Source: an uncultured Acidobacteriota bacterium (GTDB lineage: Bacteria > Acidobacteriota > Vicinamibacteria > Fen-336). Taken from it: DNA of 64,000 nt. Under the pieces are notes generated by a model. The model saw only the letters and a program-made list of their open reading frames with translations, was not told where the DNA came from and searched no databases. Positions 24,087 through 31,822 of this stretch are shown piece after piece. The first letter of the stretch is position 1. Each line of letters starts with the position of its first letter. The DNA is taken from positions 2,272,001 through 2,336,000 of the forward strand of contig OY970399.1 in NCBI GenBank assembly GCA_963720545.1. The letters run 5' to 3'. Position numbers and translations under genes: made by a program.

Positions 24087-25202
24087 CTAGTCGTTGCGGC
24101 CCGGCACCTCCGGCAGCCGTTCCAGCAGGCCCTTGAAGCGCACGGGATCGCGAGCGAGGAAGGCGCGCGCCCGCGCGCCATCGAGCCGCGCCTGCGTGAG
24201 GTCAGTGTCGTCGCCGCTCGCCGCGGCGATTCGCACCGAGAGCTCGGCGATGCGCACCCACGCTTCCCCGGCGTGGGGGCCGGCGCCATTATCGGTGAGG
24301 AACGAGCGCCAGTCAGCGCGCAGCGCGCGCATCTCGTCAACCGTCACGGCGCTCCGCTCCGCGAGCGCTGCGTACCGCGCCTCCGCCGCCTTGTAGGGTT
24401 GGGCCCTGCGCAGGCCGAAGCCGCCGGCCTGCTGCGCCATCGCCGACTTCGGCATGGCCGCCGTCTCTCGCGCGCGTGCCTCCGCTTTCTCCTCGGCGGG
24501 CGCCTCGGCGGGTCCCGCGGCTGCGAGGGCCTCGTTGGCGGCGTCCGCGGCCTGTGACGGCGACGGTGCAGGCGGCGCCGCGGCGAAGCCGGGCGCTTCT
24601 CGCAGCGGGGAATCGGCGAGCGCCGCGTCAACGTGCGGGGGTTCGCGCCGGTCCGCCTCGCGTTCGTCCGCGCGCGCCTGGCGCTGCGCGAGGCCGGGCT
24701 CCTGCGCCGCCCGCGGCTTTGCTTCAGGCGCCGCAGGCGCCGCCGCCCCCGGCGGCGCCGATGCCATCGCCACGCCGGCGGGTGGTGCCGGCGTCTGCGT
24801 CTGGTTCGTGAACTGCTCCGGCGGGTTCTGCGAGGGGCGCAAGCCGCGGATCACGAACGGCGCCGCCACGGCCATCAGCAGGGCAGCGGCGGCCGCGTAC
24901 GTCCAGCCCGGCATTGCCCGCGGCGCGCGTGGTCGAGGCGCTGCTGCCAGCGGACTGGCCAGTGTCTGTGGCAGGCGCGCGGCGACGCGGCGCGGCAGCG
25001 CCTCGAAATAGCCGTCCGGGACGTCGGCCGGTCCGCGGCTCTCAGCAGCGAGCAGCGCATCGACGCGCGCGAGCTGCTCGAGCTCGCGCGTGCAGGAGGC
25101 ACAGTCGCGCAGGTGCGCCGCGACCGCGGCTCGCTCCCGCTGGTCGAGCTCGCCGTCTCGCCAGGCGGAGAGCGTCTCGCGCGGATGCACGGGTGCCGTC
25201 AT
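24087..25202 (-). CDS. Zinc-finger (zf-HC2) membrane anti-sigma factor
   Basis: LSAWRDGELD..VAAHLRDCASC (HxxxCxxC), one TM helix, Pro/Ala-rich linker; ATGA-coupled to the ECF sigma gene. Confidence 0.8.
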   Translation of the reverse strand: MTAPVHPRETLSAWRDGELDQRERAAVAAHLRDCASCTRELEQLARVDALLAAESRGPADVPDGYFEALPRRVAARLPQTLASPLAAAPRPRAPRAMPGWTYAAAAALLMAVAAPFVIRGLRPSQNPPEQFTNQTQTPAPPAGVAMASAPPGAAAPAAPEAKPRAAQEPGLAQRQARADEREADRREPPHVDAALADSPLREAPGFAAAPPAPSPSQAADAANEALAAAGPAEAPAEEKAEARARETAAMPKSAMAQQAGGFGLRRAQPYKAAEARYAALAERSAVTVDEMRALRADWRSFLTDNGAGPHAGEAWVRIAELSVRIAAASGDDTDLTQARLDGARARAFLARDPVRFKGLLERLPEVPGRND

Positions 25203-25771
25203 GCGCGCGCCTCCAGCAGGCCGCGCAGCTTCTCGCGGGCGCGCGACAGCCGGCTCATGACGGTGCCGATCGAGATGTCGAGCGCCGCCGCGATCTCCTT
25301 GTAGGACAACTCCTCGACGGCCCGCAGCTGCAGCACCGCGCGCTGTTCGGCCGGCAGTTGCAAAAACGCACGGTTGAGCGCGGCGCGCAGCTCGATTTCG
25401 TCGACCTGCGCGAGTGCGTCGGCGCCGTCCGTGCGGACCGCGGCGAGGCTCTCGTCCTCATCCAGCGGGTCTTCCCGGTTCTCCTTGGCGCGCACCTGGT
25501 TGATCGCGGTGTTGGCGGCGATGCGGCAGATCCACGGGCCGAACGGCCGCGCGAGGTCGAAGCCGGAAAGCGCCTGGTAAGCGCGCAGGAAGGTCTCCTG
25601 AGTCACGTCGTCCGCCAGGTGATGGTGGCGCACGATGCGGCGCGCCACGGCGTAGACCCGCCGCTGGTAGCGAACGACGATTTCCTCGAAAGCAAGGGCA
25701 CTCCCCGCCCGTGCCTTTGCCAGCAGGTCGGCCTCGATCGGGTCAGGGGCCAGGTGGCAGCTCCACTCCAT
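25199..25771 (-). CDS. ECF RNA polymerase sigma factor
   Basis: AFEEIVVRYQ, DDVTQETFLRAY, WICRIAAN, LSYKEIAAALDISIGTVMSRLSRAREKL. Confidence 0.92.
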   Translation of the reverse strand: MEWSCHLAPDPIEADLLAKARAGSALAFEEIVVRYQRRVYAVARRIVRHHHLADDVTQETFLRAYQALSGFDLARPFGPWICRIAANTAINQVRAKENREDPLDEDESLAAVRTDGADALAQVDEIELRAALNRAFLQLPAEQRAVLQLRAVEELSYKEIAAALDISIGTVMSRLSRAREKLRGLLEARA

Positions 25772-25860
25772 GTGGCGGGACAGGCAAACGGGCCGTTTCG
25801 AGTGTTACCGGCGTCCCGCGCGGTTTATTCCAGGCGATTGTAGCGACGCCTGGGCGGCAA

Positions 25861-25896
25861 AGAAAAAACGGGGTGGGCCCGAAGGCACCACCCCGT
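25861..25896 (-). terminator. Intrinsic terminator downstream of the OmpA-family gene
   Basis: Minus strand ACGGGGTGG-T-GCC-TTCG-GGC-CCACCCCGT then TTTTT; C(UUCG)G loop. Confidence 0.8.
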
Positions 25897-25939
25897 CGCG
25901 TGCGCAGCGTCCCCGAGCGAGGACGCCGTCAGAGGAAAA

Positions 25940-26590
25940 CTACTCGAGGAAGTTGATGACCACGCGGCGGTTGGCAGCGCGGTTCGAGGAGTTCTTGTTG
26001 TCGGTCACGGGCTTGTCTTCGCCGTACGAGATCACGCTCATGCGGGCGAGGGCGATGCCGTGCTTGTCGTGGAGGTAGTTGCGAGCCGCGTCGGCGCGCT
26101 CCTCACCGAGCTTCTGGTTGTAGGCTTCCGGGCCGACCGAGTCCGTGTGGCCCTCGATCTCGATGTAGATGCCCTTGTTCTCCGACTTCACGTTGGCAAT
26201 GGCCTCGTCGATCATCGCCTGTGCCTCGGGGCTGAGCGCCGCGCGGTTGAAGGGGAACTGCACCTTGTCGTTCGCGAGGGTCACCGAGTAGATCAGCTTG
26301 CCCTTCGCGGCCTTCTCCGCATCGCTCGCCTTGGTCATGGCGCCGTCTGCCGTCGCCTTGGCCTCGCCGGCCGCGCTCTTGGCCTCGCCGATGCCGGACT
26401 GGGCGTCGGTGTTGACCTTGTCGATCGCGACTTCGCTGTTGCGCACCCGCTCCTGGGTCTTCTCGAGCTCGGTGTTCAGGTTCTCGACCTTGGTGTTGAC
26501 GGCGCCGACTTCACGCGCCACGTACTTCTTGGTGGCGCAACCGCTGACGGCGAATCCCGCCGCGACGACGAGTACGAGTATGGACTTCAT
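25940..26590 (-). CDS. OmpA/Pal-family lipoprotein with alanine-rich coiled coil
   Basis: Lipobox VSGC, Ala-rich heptads, IEGHTDSVG..YNQKLGEERA, SYGEDKP, NRRV; GGAGG upstream. Confidence 0.9.
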   Translation of the reverse strand: MKSILVLVVAAGFAVSGCATKKYVAREVGAVNTKVENLNTELEKTQERVRNSEVAIDKVNTDAQSGIGEAKSAAGEAKATADGAMTKASDAEKAAKGKLIYSVTLANDKVQFPFNRAALSPEAQAMIDEAIANVKSENKGIYIEIEGHTDSVGPEAYNQKLGEERADAARNYLHDKHGIALARMSVISYGEDKPVTDNKNSSNRAANRRVVINFLE

Positions 26591-26640
26591 GGACGACCTC
26601 CGCTTATATGGGCCGCGCCGGCTAATGTGCCGGCCGCCCG

Positions 26641-26697
26641 GTTATGAACAGCTGCAATGAACAGCATATGAACGGCGAATGAACGGATGACGGAACG
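26641..26697 (-). repeat. Array of (C/T)GTTCAT direct repeats upstream of the OmpA-family gene
   Basis: Plus-strand ATGAAC at 26644, 26657, 26668, 26679 (spacing 13, 11, 11) plus a degenerate copy at 26687. Confidence 0.75.
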
Positions 26698-26710
26698 ATA
26701 GCTTTACTAA

Positions 26711-27664
26711 TCACGAAGCCGGCGGCACGTAGCCGCTTCGCGTACGAACGGTAACGCCCTTGCGCGTCGAACGCACCTCGACCCGCCGGAACCCCTTGGA
26801 ACCGGTGTCCGGAAGGTCGTAGCCGATACGATACTGGTGCTTCAGCTCGCCGACGATCTGGTCGGCGGCCAGCTTGAGATCCTTGAATTCGCTGACGATG
26901 AAGGCGGCGCCGCCGGACATGTCCGCGTAGCGCCCGAGCACCTGCGCGCCCTGCGCCGCGAGTGCCCGGTCCTTGCCGACGAAGCGCTCCGACTCGGGGT
27001 TGTCGAGCGGCGACACCACCGAGAGCGTGTAGATCGGCACGTCGAGGGAACGCGAGCGCGCGATCACCTCGTCGGGCGTCTTCTTCGAGGCGGTGTCGAT
27101 GCCGTCGGTGATGACGATGACCGCGCGGCGGCCCTCGCCCCACGAAGCCAGGTCCTCGGCGCCCTTGTTGAGCGCGTCGTGCAGAGCCGTGGTGCCGAAC
27201 GGCTGCAGCTCGGTCCACGAGCTCTCGATCTTCTTGCGGTCCCTGGTGAAGGCGACGACGCCCCAGTACTTGCTGTCGAAGCCGGCGAGCGCCACTTCGT
27301 CGACCGGATCGAGGCTGCTGAGGATCTGCAGCATCGCCATCTTGGTGCTCGAGAGCTTCAGGTCGGCGTTCATGCTGCCGCTCGCGTCCACCAGCAGCAG
27401 GATGCGCGCGCCGCCCTCGCGGCCGGAAGAAAAGTGCACCACCTTCTGCGGCGCGCCTTCGTCGAACACCTGCACGTCGTTGACCGTGAGATCGGTGACC
27501 GGCCGGCCGCTCTTCGAGACGGCGCTGGCCGAGAGCAGCACCATGCGCGCGTCCGACTCGAAGGTCGGGATCTGGCTGGTGAGCGGACGCGCCTGTGCCA
27601 GCGACAAGCACCCGGCGAAGACAGCCAGGGCGGCACCCGCGCGGATTTTTGTGGCATGTATCAC
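26711..27664 (-). CDS. Exported VWA-domain protein (Acidobacterial VWFA-related type)
   Basis: Signal peptide, PTFES, GRPVTDLT..VFDEG, MIDAS DASGS / GTTALHDA / ITDG, ELKHQYRIGY; start set at GTG 27664. Confidence 0.8.
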   Translation of the reverse strand: MIHATKIRAGAALAVFAGCLSLAQARPLTSQIPTFESDARMVLLSASAVSKSGRPVTDLTVNDVQVFDEGAPQKVVHFSSGREGGARILLLVDASGSMNADLKLSSTKMAMLQILSSLDPVDEVALAGFDSKYWGVVAFTRDRKKIESSWTELQPFGTTALHDALNKGAEDLASWGEGRRAVIVITDGIDTASKKTPDEVIARSRSLDVPIYTLSVVSPLDNPESERFVGKDRALAAQGAQVLGRYADMSGGAAFIVSEFKDLKLAADQIVGELKHQYRIGYDLPDTGSKGFRRVEVRSTRKGVTVRTRSGYVPPAS

Positions 27665-27771
27665 GGTGACGCCAGTATAGACCCCGGCAAACAGGCCCAG
27701 AGAGGCGCTGGCACTGGCGATTGTGATGCGCGTCACGTTGCTCCCTGCTAGGCTCTGGCTTCGCAAAATCA

Positions 27772-28818
27772 ATGAAAACCAGCGGCTCGATGACCGCCGT
27801 CCTCAAGCCGCGTGCCGCCCCGGGTCTCGAGGTCGCACGCGTCGAAATCCCGGCGCTCGGACCGCACGACGTGCTCATCAAGGTGCAGGCAGCGAGCATC
27901 TGCGGCACCGACCTGCACATCTACAAGTGGGACAAGTGGGCCGCCTCGCGGATCCGCACGCCGCTGGTCTTCGGCCACGAGTTCTGCGGCGAGGTGGTGG
28001 CGATCGGCGAGCTGGTGTCGCGCGTGGCCCCGGCGGCGTTCGTGTCCGTCGAGGGCCACATCCCCGACGGCACCTGCTTCCAGTGCCTCACCGGCAACAG
28101 CCACATCTGCGAGAACCTGCAGATCGTCGGCATCGACCGGCCGGGCTGCTTCGCCGAGTACGTCGCGGTGCCGGAGCAGAACGTCTACGCGCTCGACCGC
28201 AGCATTCCGCTCGAGGTGGCCGCGATCCTCGACCCGTTCGGCAACGCCGTGCACACGACGCTCGCCGGCGCCATTGCCTCGCTGTCGGTCGCCGTGCTCG
28301 GCGCCGGGCCCATCGGCTGCTGCGCGGTGGCGGTGGCGCGCGCCGCCGGCGCCAGCTTCATCGCCGCGACCGACGTGCGCGAATACCGCCTGCAGCTCGC
28401 GCGCCGCATGGGGGCCGACACCGTGATCGACTCGACGCGCGACAACCCGGTCGAGGTGGTCCGCAGCGCCACCGCCGGGCGCGGCGCCGACGTGGTGCTC
28501 GAGATGAGCGGACACCCGGACGCGGTGCGCCAGGCCTTCAAGATGGTGCGCCGCGGCGGACGCATTTCGCTCCTCGGCATCCCGTCGCAGGCGGTGGCGC
28601 TCGACCTCGCCGAGGACGTCATCTTCAAGGGCGTCACGGTGCAGGGCATCAACGGCCGCCTGATCTGGAAAACCTGGCACCAGGCCGAGGCGCTGCTGCG
28701 CTCGGGACGCGTCGACCTGCGGCCGCTCATCACCCACACCCTGCCGCTGCGCGAGATCGAGGAAGGCATGCGCCTCCTCGAGAGCGGCAATGCCGCGAAG
28801 GTGATCCTCAAGCCATAG
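27772..28818 (+). CDS. tdh: L-threonine 3-dehydrogenase
   Basis: SICGTDLHIYKWDKWA, GHEFCG, DPFGNAVHT, GAGPIG, DVVLEMSG, QGINGR. Confidence 0.9.
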   Translation: MKTSGSMTAVLKPRAAPGLEVARVEIPALGPHDVLIKVQAASICGTDLHIYKWDKWAASRIRTPLVFGHEFCGEVVAIGELVSRVAPAAFVSVEGHIPDGTCFQCLTGNSHICENLQIVGIDRPGCFAEYVAVPEQNVYALDRSIPLEVAAILDPFGNAVHTTLAGAIASLSVAVLGAGPIGCCAVAVARAAGASFIAATDVREYRLQLARRMGADTVIDSTRDNPVEVVRSATAGRGADVVLEMSGHPDAVRQAFKMVRRGGRISLLGIPSQAVALDLAEDVIFKGVTVQGINGRLIWKTWHQAEALLRSGRVDLRPLITHTLPLREIEEGMRLLESGNAAKVILKP

Positions 28819-30568
28819 GGCTGGCGGGCGCCTCGAGCACCTTGACGACCACGAGCGTGGCATCGTCGCTTTGCGCCGTCGTGCCCTGGAAGGCGCGCAG
28901 GTCCTCGCCGATGCGCTCGGCGATGGTGCCGGCGCCCAGCGCGGCGGCGGCGATCACCAGTTCGGACAGCCGCGCCACGCTGTATTCGGCGCGGCGGTTG
29001 TAGGCCTCGGTGACGCCGTCCGAATGGAAGACCAGGATGTCGCCCGGGGAGAGAGCGATGCTGTGCTCGTCGTATTCCGAGCCGTCGAAAGTGCCGAGCG
29101 GCAGGCCGGGAATTTCGATCGGCGTGCAGGTGCGGTCCTGCGCGCGGTAGTGCAGCGGATACGGCGAGCCGGAATTGGCGAGCACCATCGTGTGGGCGCG
29201 AAAGTCGAAGAGCGCGTAGGTGAGCGTGCAGTAGAGCCCCTCGACGCCGCGGCGCCGCAGCGTGCGGTTGACCCGGGCCAGGAGGCTCGCGGGTGAATGG
29301 CGCTCGAAGGCACGCGCGCGCACAGCGCCGGATGCGAAAGCGCCGTAGAGCGCCGCCGGCACGCCCTTGCCGGAAACGTCGCCGATGGCGAGGCCGATGC
29401 GGCCTTCCGCGAGGTCGTAGAAGTCGTAGAGGTCGCCGCCCAGCTCGAGCGCCGGTACGAACCACGCCGCCGCTTCCCAGCCCTCGCCGCGCGGCGCCTC
29501 CTCGGGGAACAGGCCGTCCTGCACCTGGCGCGCGATCGCCAGTTCCCGGGAGCGGCGATGCTCGGTGCGCCGGATCTCCTCCACGAGCCGCGCGTTCTCG
29601 ATCGCGATCGCCACCTGGCTCGCGAGCGGCATCAGGATCGCGACGTGCTCCTGGGTGAAGCGGTTGAGGTGCGGCGACTCGAGGTCGAAGACGCCGACCA
29701 CGCGGTCCTTGTAGATGAGCGGCACCACCAGCTCGGAGCGCGTGTCGGGCACCGCCTGCACGTAGCGATGGTCCTCCAGCACGTCGCCCACCAGGATCGG
29801 CTGGCGCGCCAGCACCGCGTGGCCGGTGAGCCCCTCGCCGATCGCGATGCGGGTCTTTTCCTTGGTCGGCCCGAAGCACACCGCCTTGCGCAGCACCAGG
29901 TCGCCCGCCGCCTCGTCCACCAGCAGGATGCCGAAGCTGTCGTAGTCGATCATGCGCTTCACGATCTCGGCGAGGCGCGTGAGCAGCGCGTCGAGGTCGA
30001 GGATCGAGGTGGTCTCCTTGCCGATCTCGTGCAGGTTCTTCAGCAGGTTCGTGTAGTAACGGCTCTCGCGATAGAGCTTGGCGTTGGCGATCGCCGCTGC
30101 CAGGTGGTTTGCGAGCACCGTCAGGCCCATGATCGCTTCGGGCGTGAAGGCGTGCGGATCGGGTCCCTCGACGTTCAGCACGCCGACCAGCTCGTCGTTG
30201 GTGATGAGCGGAATCGCCAGCTCGGCGACGACGCCGGGGAAGAGCGTGATGTAGCGCGGGTCGCGCGAGATGTCGGGTACGAACACCGTCTCGCGGCGCG
30301 CGGCCGCGGTGCCGACGATGCCTTCGCCCAGGGCGACGCGGAACTGCGAGGCGAGCTCGGGCGAGTAGCCCTCGACGAGCGCGGGGACCAGGGTGCCGTC
30401 CGGCTGGTGCAGGAAGATGTCGAGGAACTTGTAGTCGACGATGCGGCGCACAGTCGCTGCGATGCGCGGCAGCAGCTTGTCGAGGTCGAGGACCTGGTTG
30501 ACCTCGGCGATGAGTGGCAGGATCTCCGCCAGGACGCCTTGCGCGACGCGCTCGGTGCTGCTCGCCAA
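28808..30568 (-). CDS. GAF-GAF-SpoIIE (PP2C/RsbU-like) serine phosphatase
   Basis: Two GAF repeats (GEGIVGTAA..DPRY; GEGLTGHAV..DHRY), GGDLYDF, GDVSGKG, SDGVTEA, DDATLVV; start set at TTG 30568. Confidence 0.88.
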   Translation of the reverse strand: MASSTERVAQGVLAEILPLIAEVNQVLDLDKLLPRIAATVRRIVDYKFLDIFLHQPDGTLVPALVEGYSPELASQFRVALGEGIVGTAAARRETVFVPDISRDPRYITLFPGVVAELAIPLITNDELVGVLNVEGPDPHAFTPEAIMGLTVLANHLAAAIANAKLYRESRYYTNLLKNLHEIGKETTSILDLDALLTRLAEIVKRMIDYDSFGILLVDEAAGDLVLRKAVCFGPTKEKTRIAIGEGLTGHAVLARQPILVGDVLEDHRYVQAVPDTRSELVVPLIYKDRVVGVFDLESPHLNRFTQEHVAILMPLASQVAIAIENARLVEEIRRTEHRRSRELAIARQVQDGLFPEEAPRGEGWEAAAWFVPALELGGDLYDFYDLAEGRIGLAIGDVSGKGVPAALYGAFASGAVRARAFERHSPASLLARVNRTLRRRGVEGLYCTLTYALFDFRAHTMVLANSGSPYPLHYRAQDRTCTPIEIPGLPLGTFDGSEYDEHSIALSPGDILVFHSDGVTEAYNRRAEYSVARLSELVIAAAALGAGTIAERIGEDLRAFQGTTAQSDDATLVVVKVLEAPASPMA

Positions 30569-30626
30569 CTTGCTGGCGATGGTAACACGCGCCCCGGCAG
30601 CGGCTGGTACACTGCGGCGCATCCCG

Positions 30627-31085
30627 ATGACGAGCATTACCGAGTTCAAGCTGCCCCTCGAAATCGAGGACATAAAGCGCATCCTGCCGCATCGCTACCC
30701 GTTCCTGCTGGTCGACCGCATCCTCGAACTGGAGGCGGACCGCCGCGTCCTCGGCCTCAAGAACGTCTCCGCCAACGAGCGCTACTTCATCGGCGGCCCG
30801 GGCGGCGTGCCGATGCTGCCGGCCTCGATCCTCACCGAGGCGATGGCGCAGGCGGGCGCGGTGCTGATCCTCGCCAAGCCCGAGAACCGCGCGCGCCTCA
30901 TCTACTTCATGGGCATCGACAAGGTGCGCTACCGCCGTCCGGTCGTGGCCGGCGACCAGGTCCTGCTCGAGGGCCAGGTGCTGCGCCTGCGCAGCAAGAT
31001 GGGCACGCTGCGCGGCATCGCGCGGGTGGACGGCGAGGTCGTGTGCGAGGGGCAGATGACTTTCGCTCTCGGCGAACCGGCCTGA
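30627..31085 (+). CDS. FabZ-like hot-dog-fold protein lacking the canonical GHFP motif
   Basis: LPHRYPFLLVDRI, KNVSANE, EAMAQAG, FMGIDKVRYRRPVVAGD; YFIGGPGG stands where FFxGHFP is expected. Confidence 0.85.
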   Translation: MTSITEFKLPLEIEDIKRILPHRYPFLLVDRILELEADRRVLGLKNVSANERYFIGGPGGVPMLPASILTEAMAQAGAVLILAKPENRARLIYFMGIDKVRYRRPVVAGDQVLLEGQVLRLRSKMGTLRGIARVDGEVVCEGQMTFALGEPA

Positions 31086-31822
31086 GCCGCGCCACCCTCT
31101 CCCTCGCCCGAGCGCTCTCGAAATTCGGCGTGTGCTCCCGCAAGCAGGCCGAAGGTGTGGTTGCCGAAGGCCGGGTGAGCGTCAACGGCCGCCGCGAGAC
31201 GAACGCGCTGCGCTTCATCGACCCTGGCAGTGACCGTGTGAGTGTCGACGGCAGTCCCGTCGGCGACCTCGCGGCGGTCACGGTCGTGGCGCTCAACAAG
31301 CCGACGGGCTACATCACCTCGCGCACCGATCCGGCGGGCCGGCCCACGGTCTATCACCTGCTGGCCGCGGACCCGTCGCTGCCGTGGCTCTTTCCGGTGG
31401 GCCGCCTCGACCGCGACACCTCCGGACTGCTGATCCTCACCAACGACCATCGGCTGGGGCAGCGGCTCACCGACCCGCAGCGCCACCTGCCGAAGACCTA
31501 TCACGCGCTGCTGCGCGGCGGACCGTCCAGCGAAGCGCTCGCCGCGCTGCGCGAGGGCCTGCTGCTCGGCGACGACTCCTCGCCGACACGCCCGGCCGGC
31601 GTCCGCGACCTCGGCCGGCGGCGCGGCGGCGACGCCTGGCTCGAAATCGTGCTCACCGAAGGGCGCAATCGCCAGGTGCGGCGGATGTGCGCCGCGGTTG
31701 GCCACGACGTGCTGGAACTCGTGCGGGTGGCGATCGGCGGGTTCGCGCTGGGCGACATCGCCGCGGGCGCCTTCCGCCGGCTATCGCCGGCGGAAGTCAC
31801 AAAACTCTCGTCAGTTCCCTGA
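31082..31822 (+). CDS. RsuA/RluB-family rRNA pseudouridine synthase
   Basis: S4 domain (GVCSRKQAE..GRVSVNG), LNKPTGY, PVGRLDRDTSGLLILTND, EGRNRQVRRM. Start uncertain: CTG 31082 or GTG 31043. Confidence 0.9.
   Translation: MSRATLSLARALSKFGVCSRKQAEGVVAEGRVSVNGRRETNALRFIDPGSDRVSVDGSPVGDLAAVTVVALNKPTGYITSRTDPAGRPTVYHLLAADPSLPWLFPVGRLDRDTSGLLILTNDHRLGQRLTDPQRHLPKTYHALLRGGPSSEALAALREGLLLGDDSSPTRPAGVRDLGRRRGGDAWLEIVLTEGRNRQVRRMCAAVGHDVLELVRVAIGGFALGDIAAGAFRRLSPAEVTKLSSVP

Noticed and set aside
25790..25830. Possible autoregulatory ECF promoter (minus strand TAAACC...GGTAAC)
   Set aside because: Spacing and -10 match are too weak to call without the ECF group consensus.
26641..26697. Possible mini-CRISPR, or a second FadR site (shares GCTGTTCATT with the fad operator)
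   Set aside because: Units are only about 11 nt with no spacers or cas genes, and there is no TGAATG-N6-CATTCA palindrome. Kept only as a direct-repeat array.
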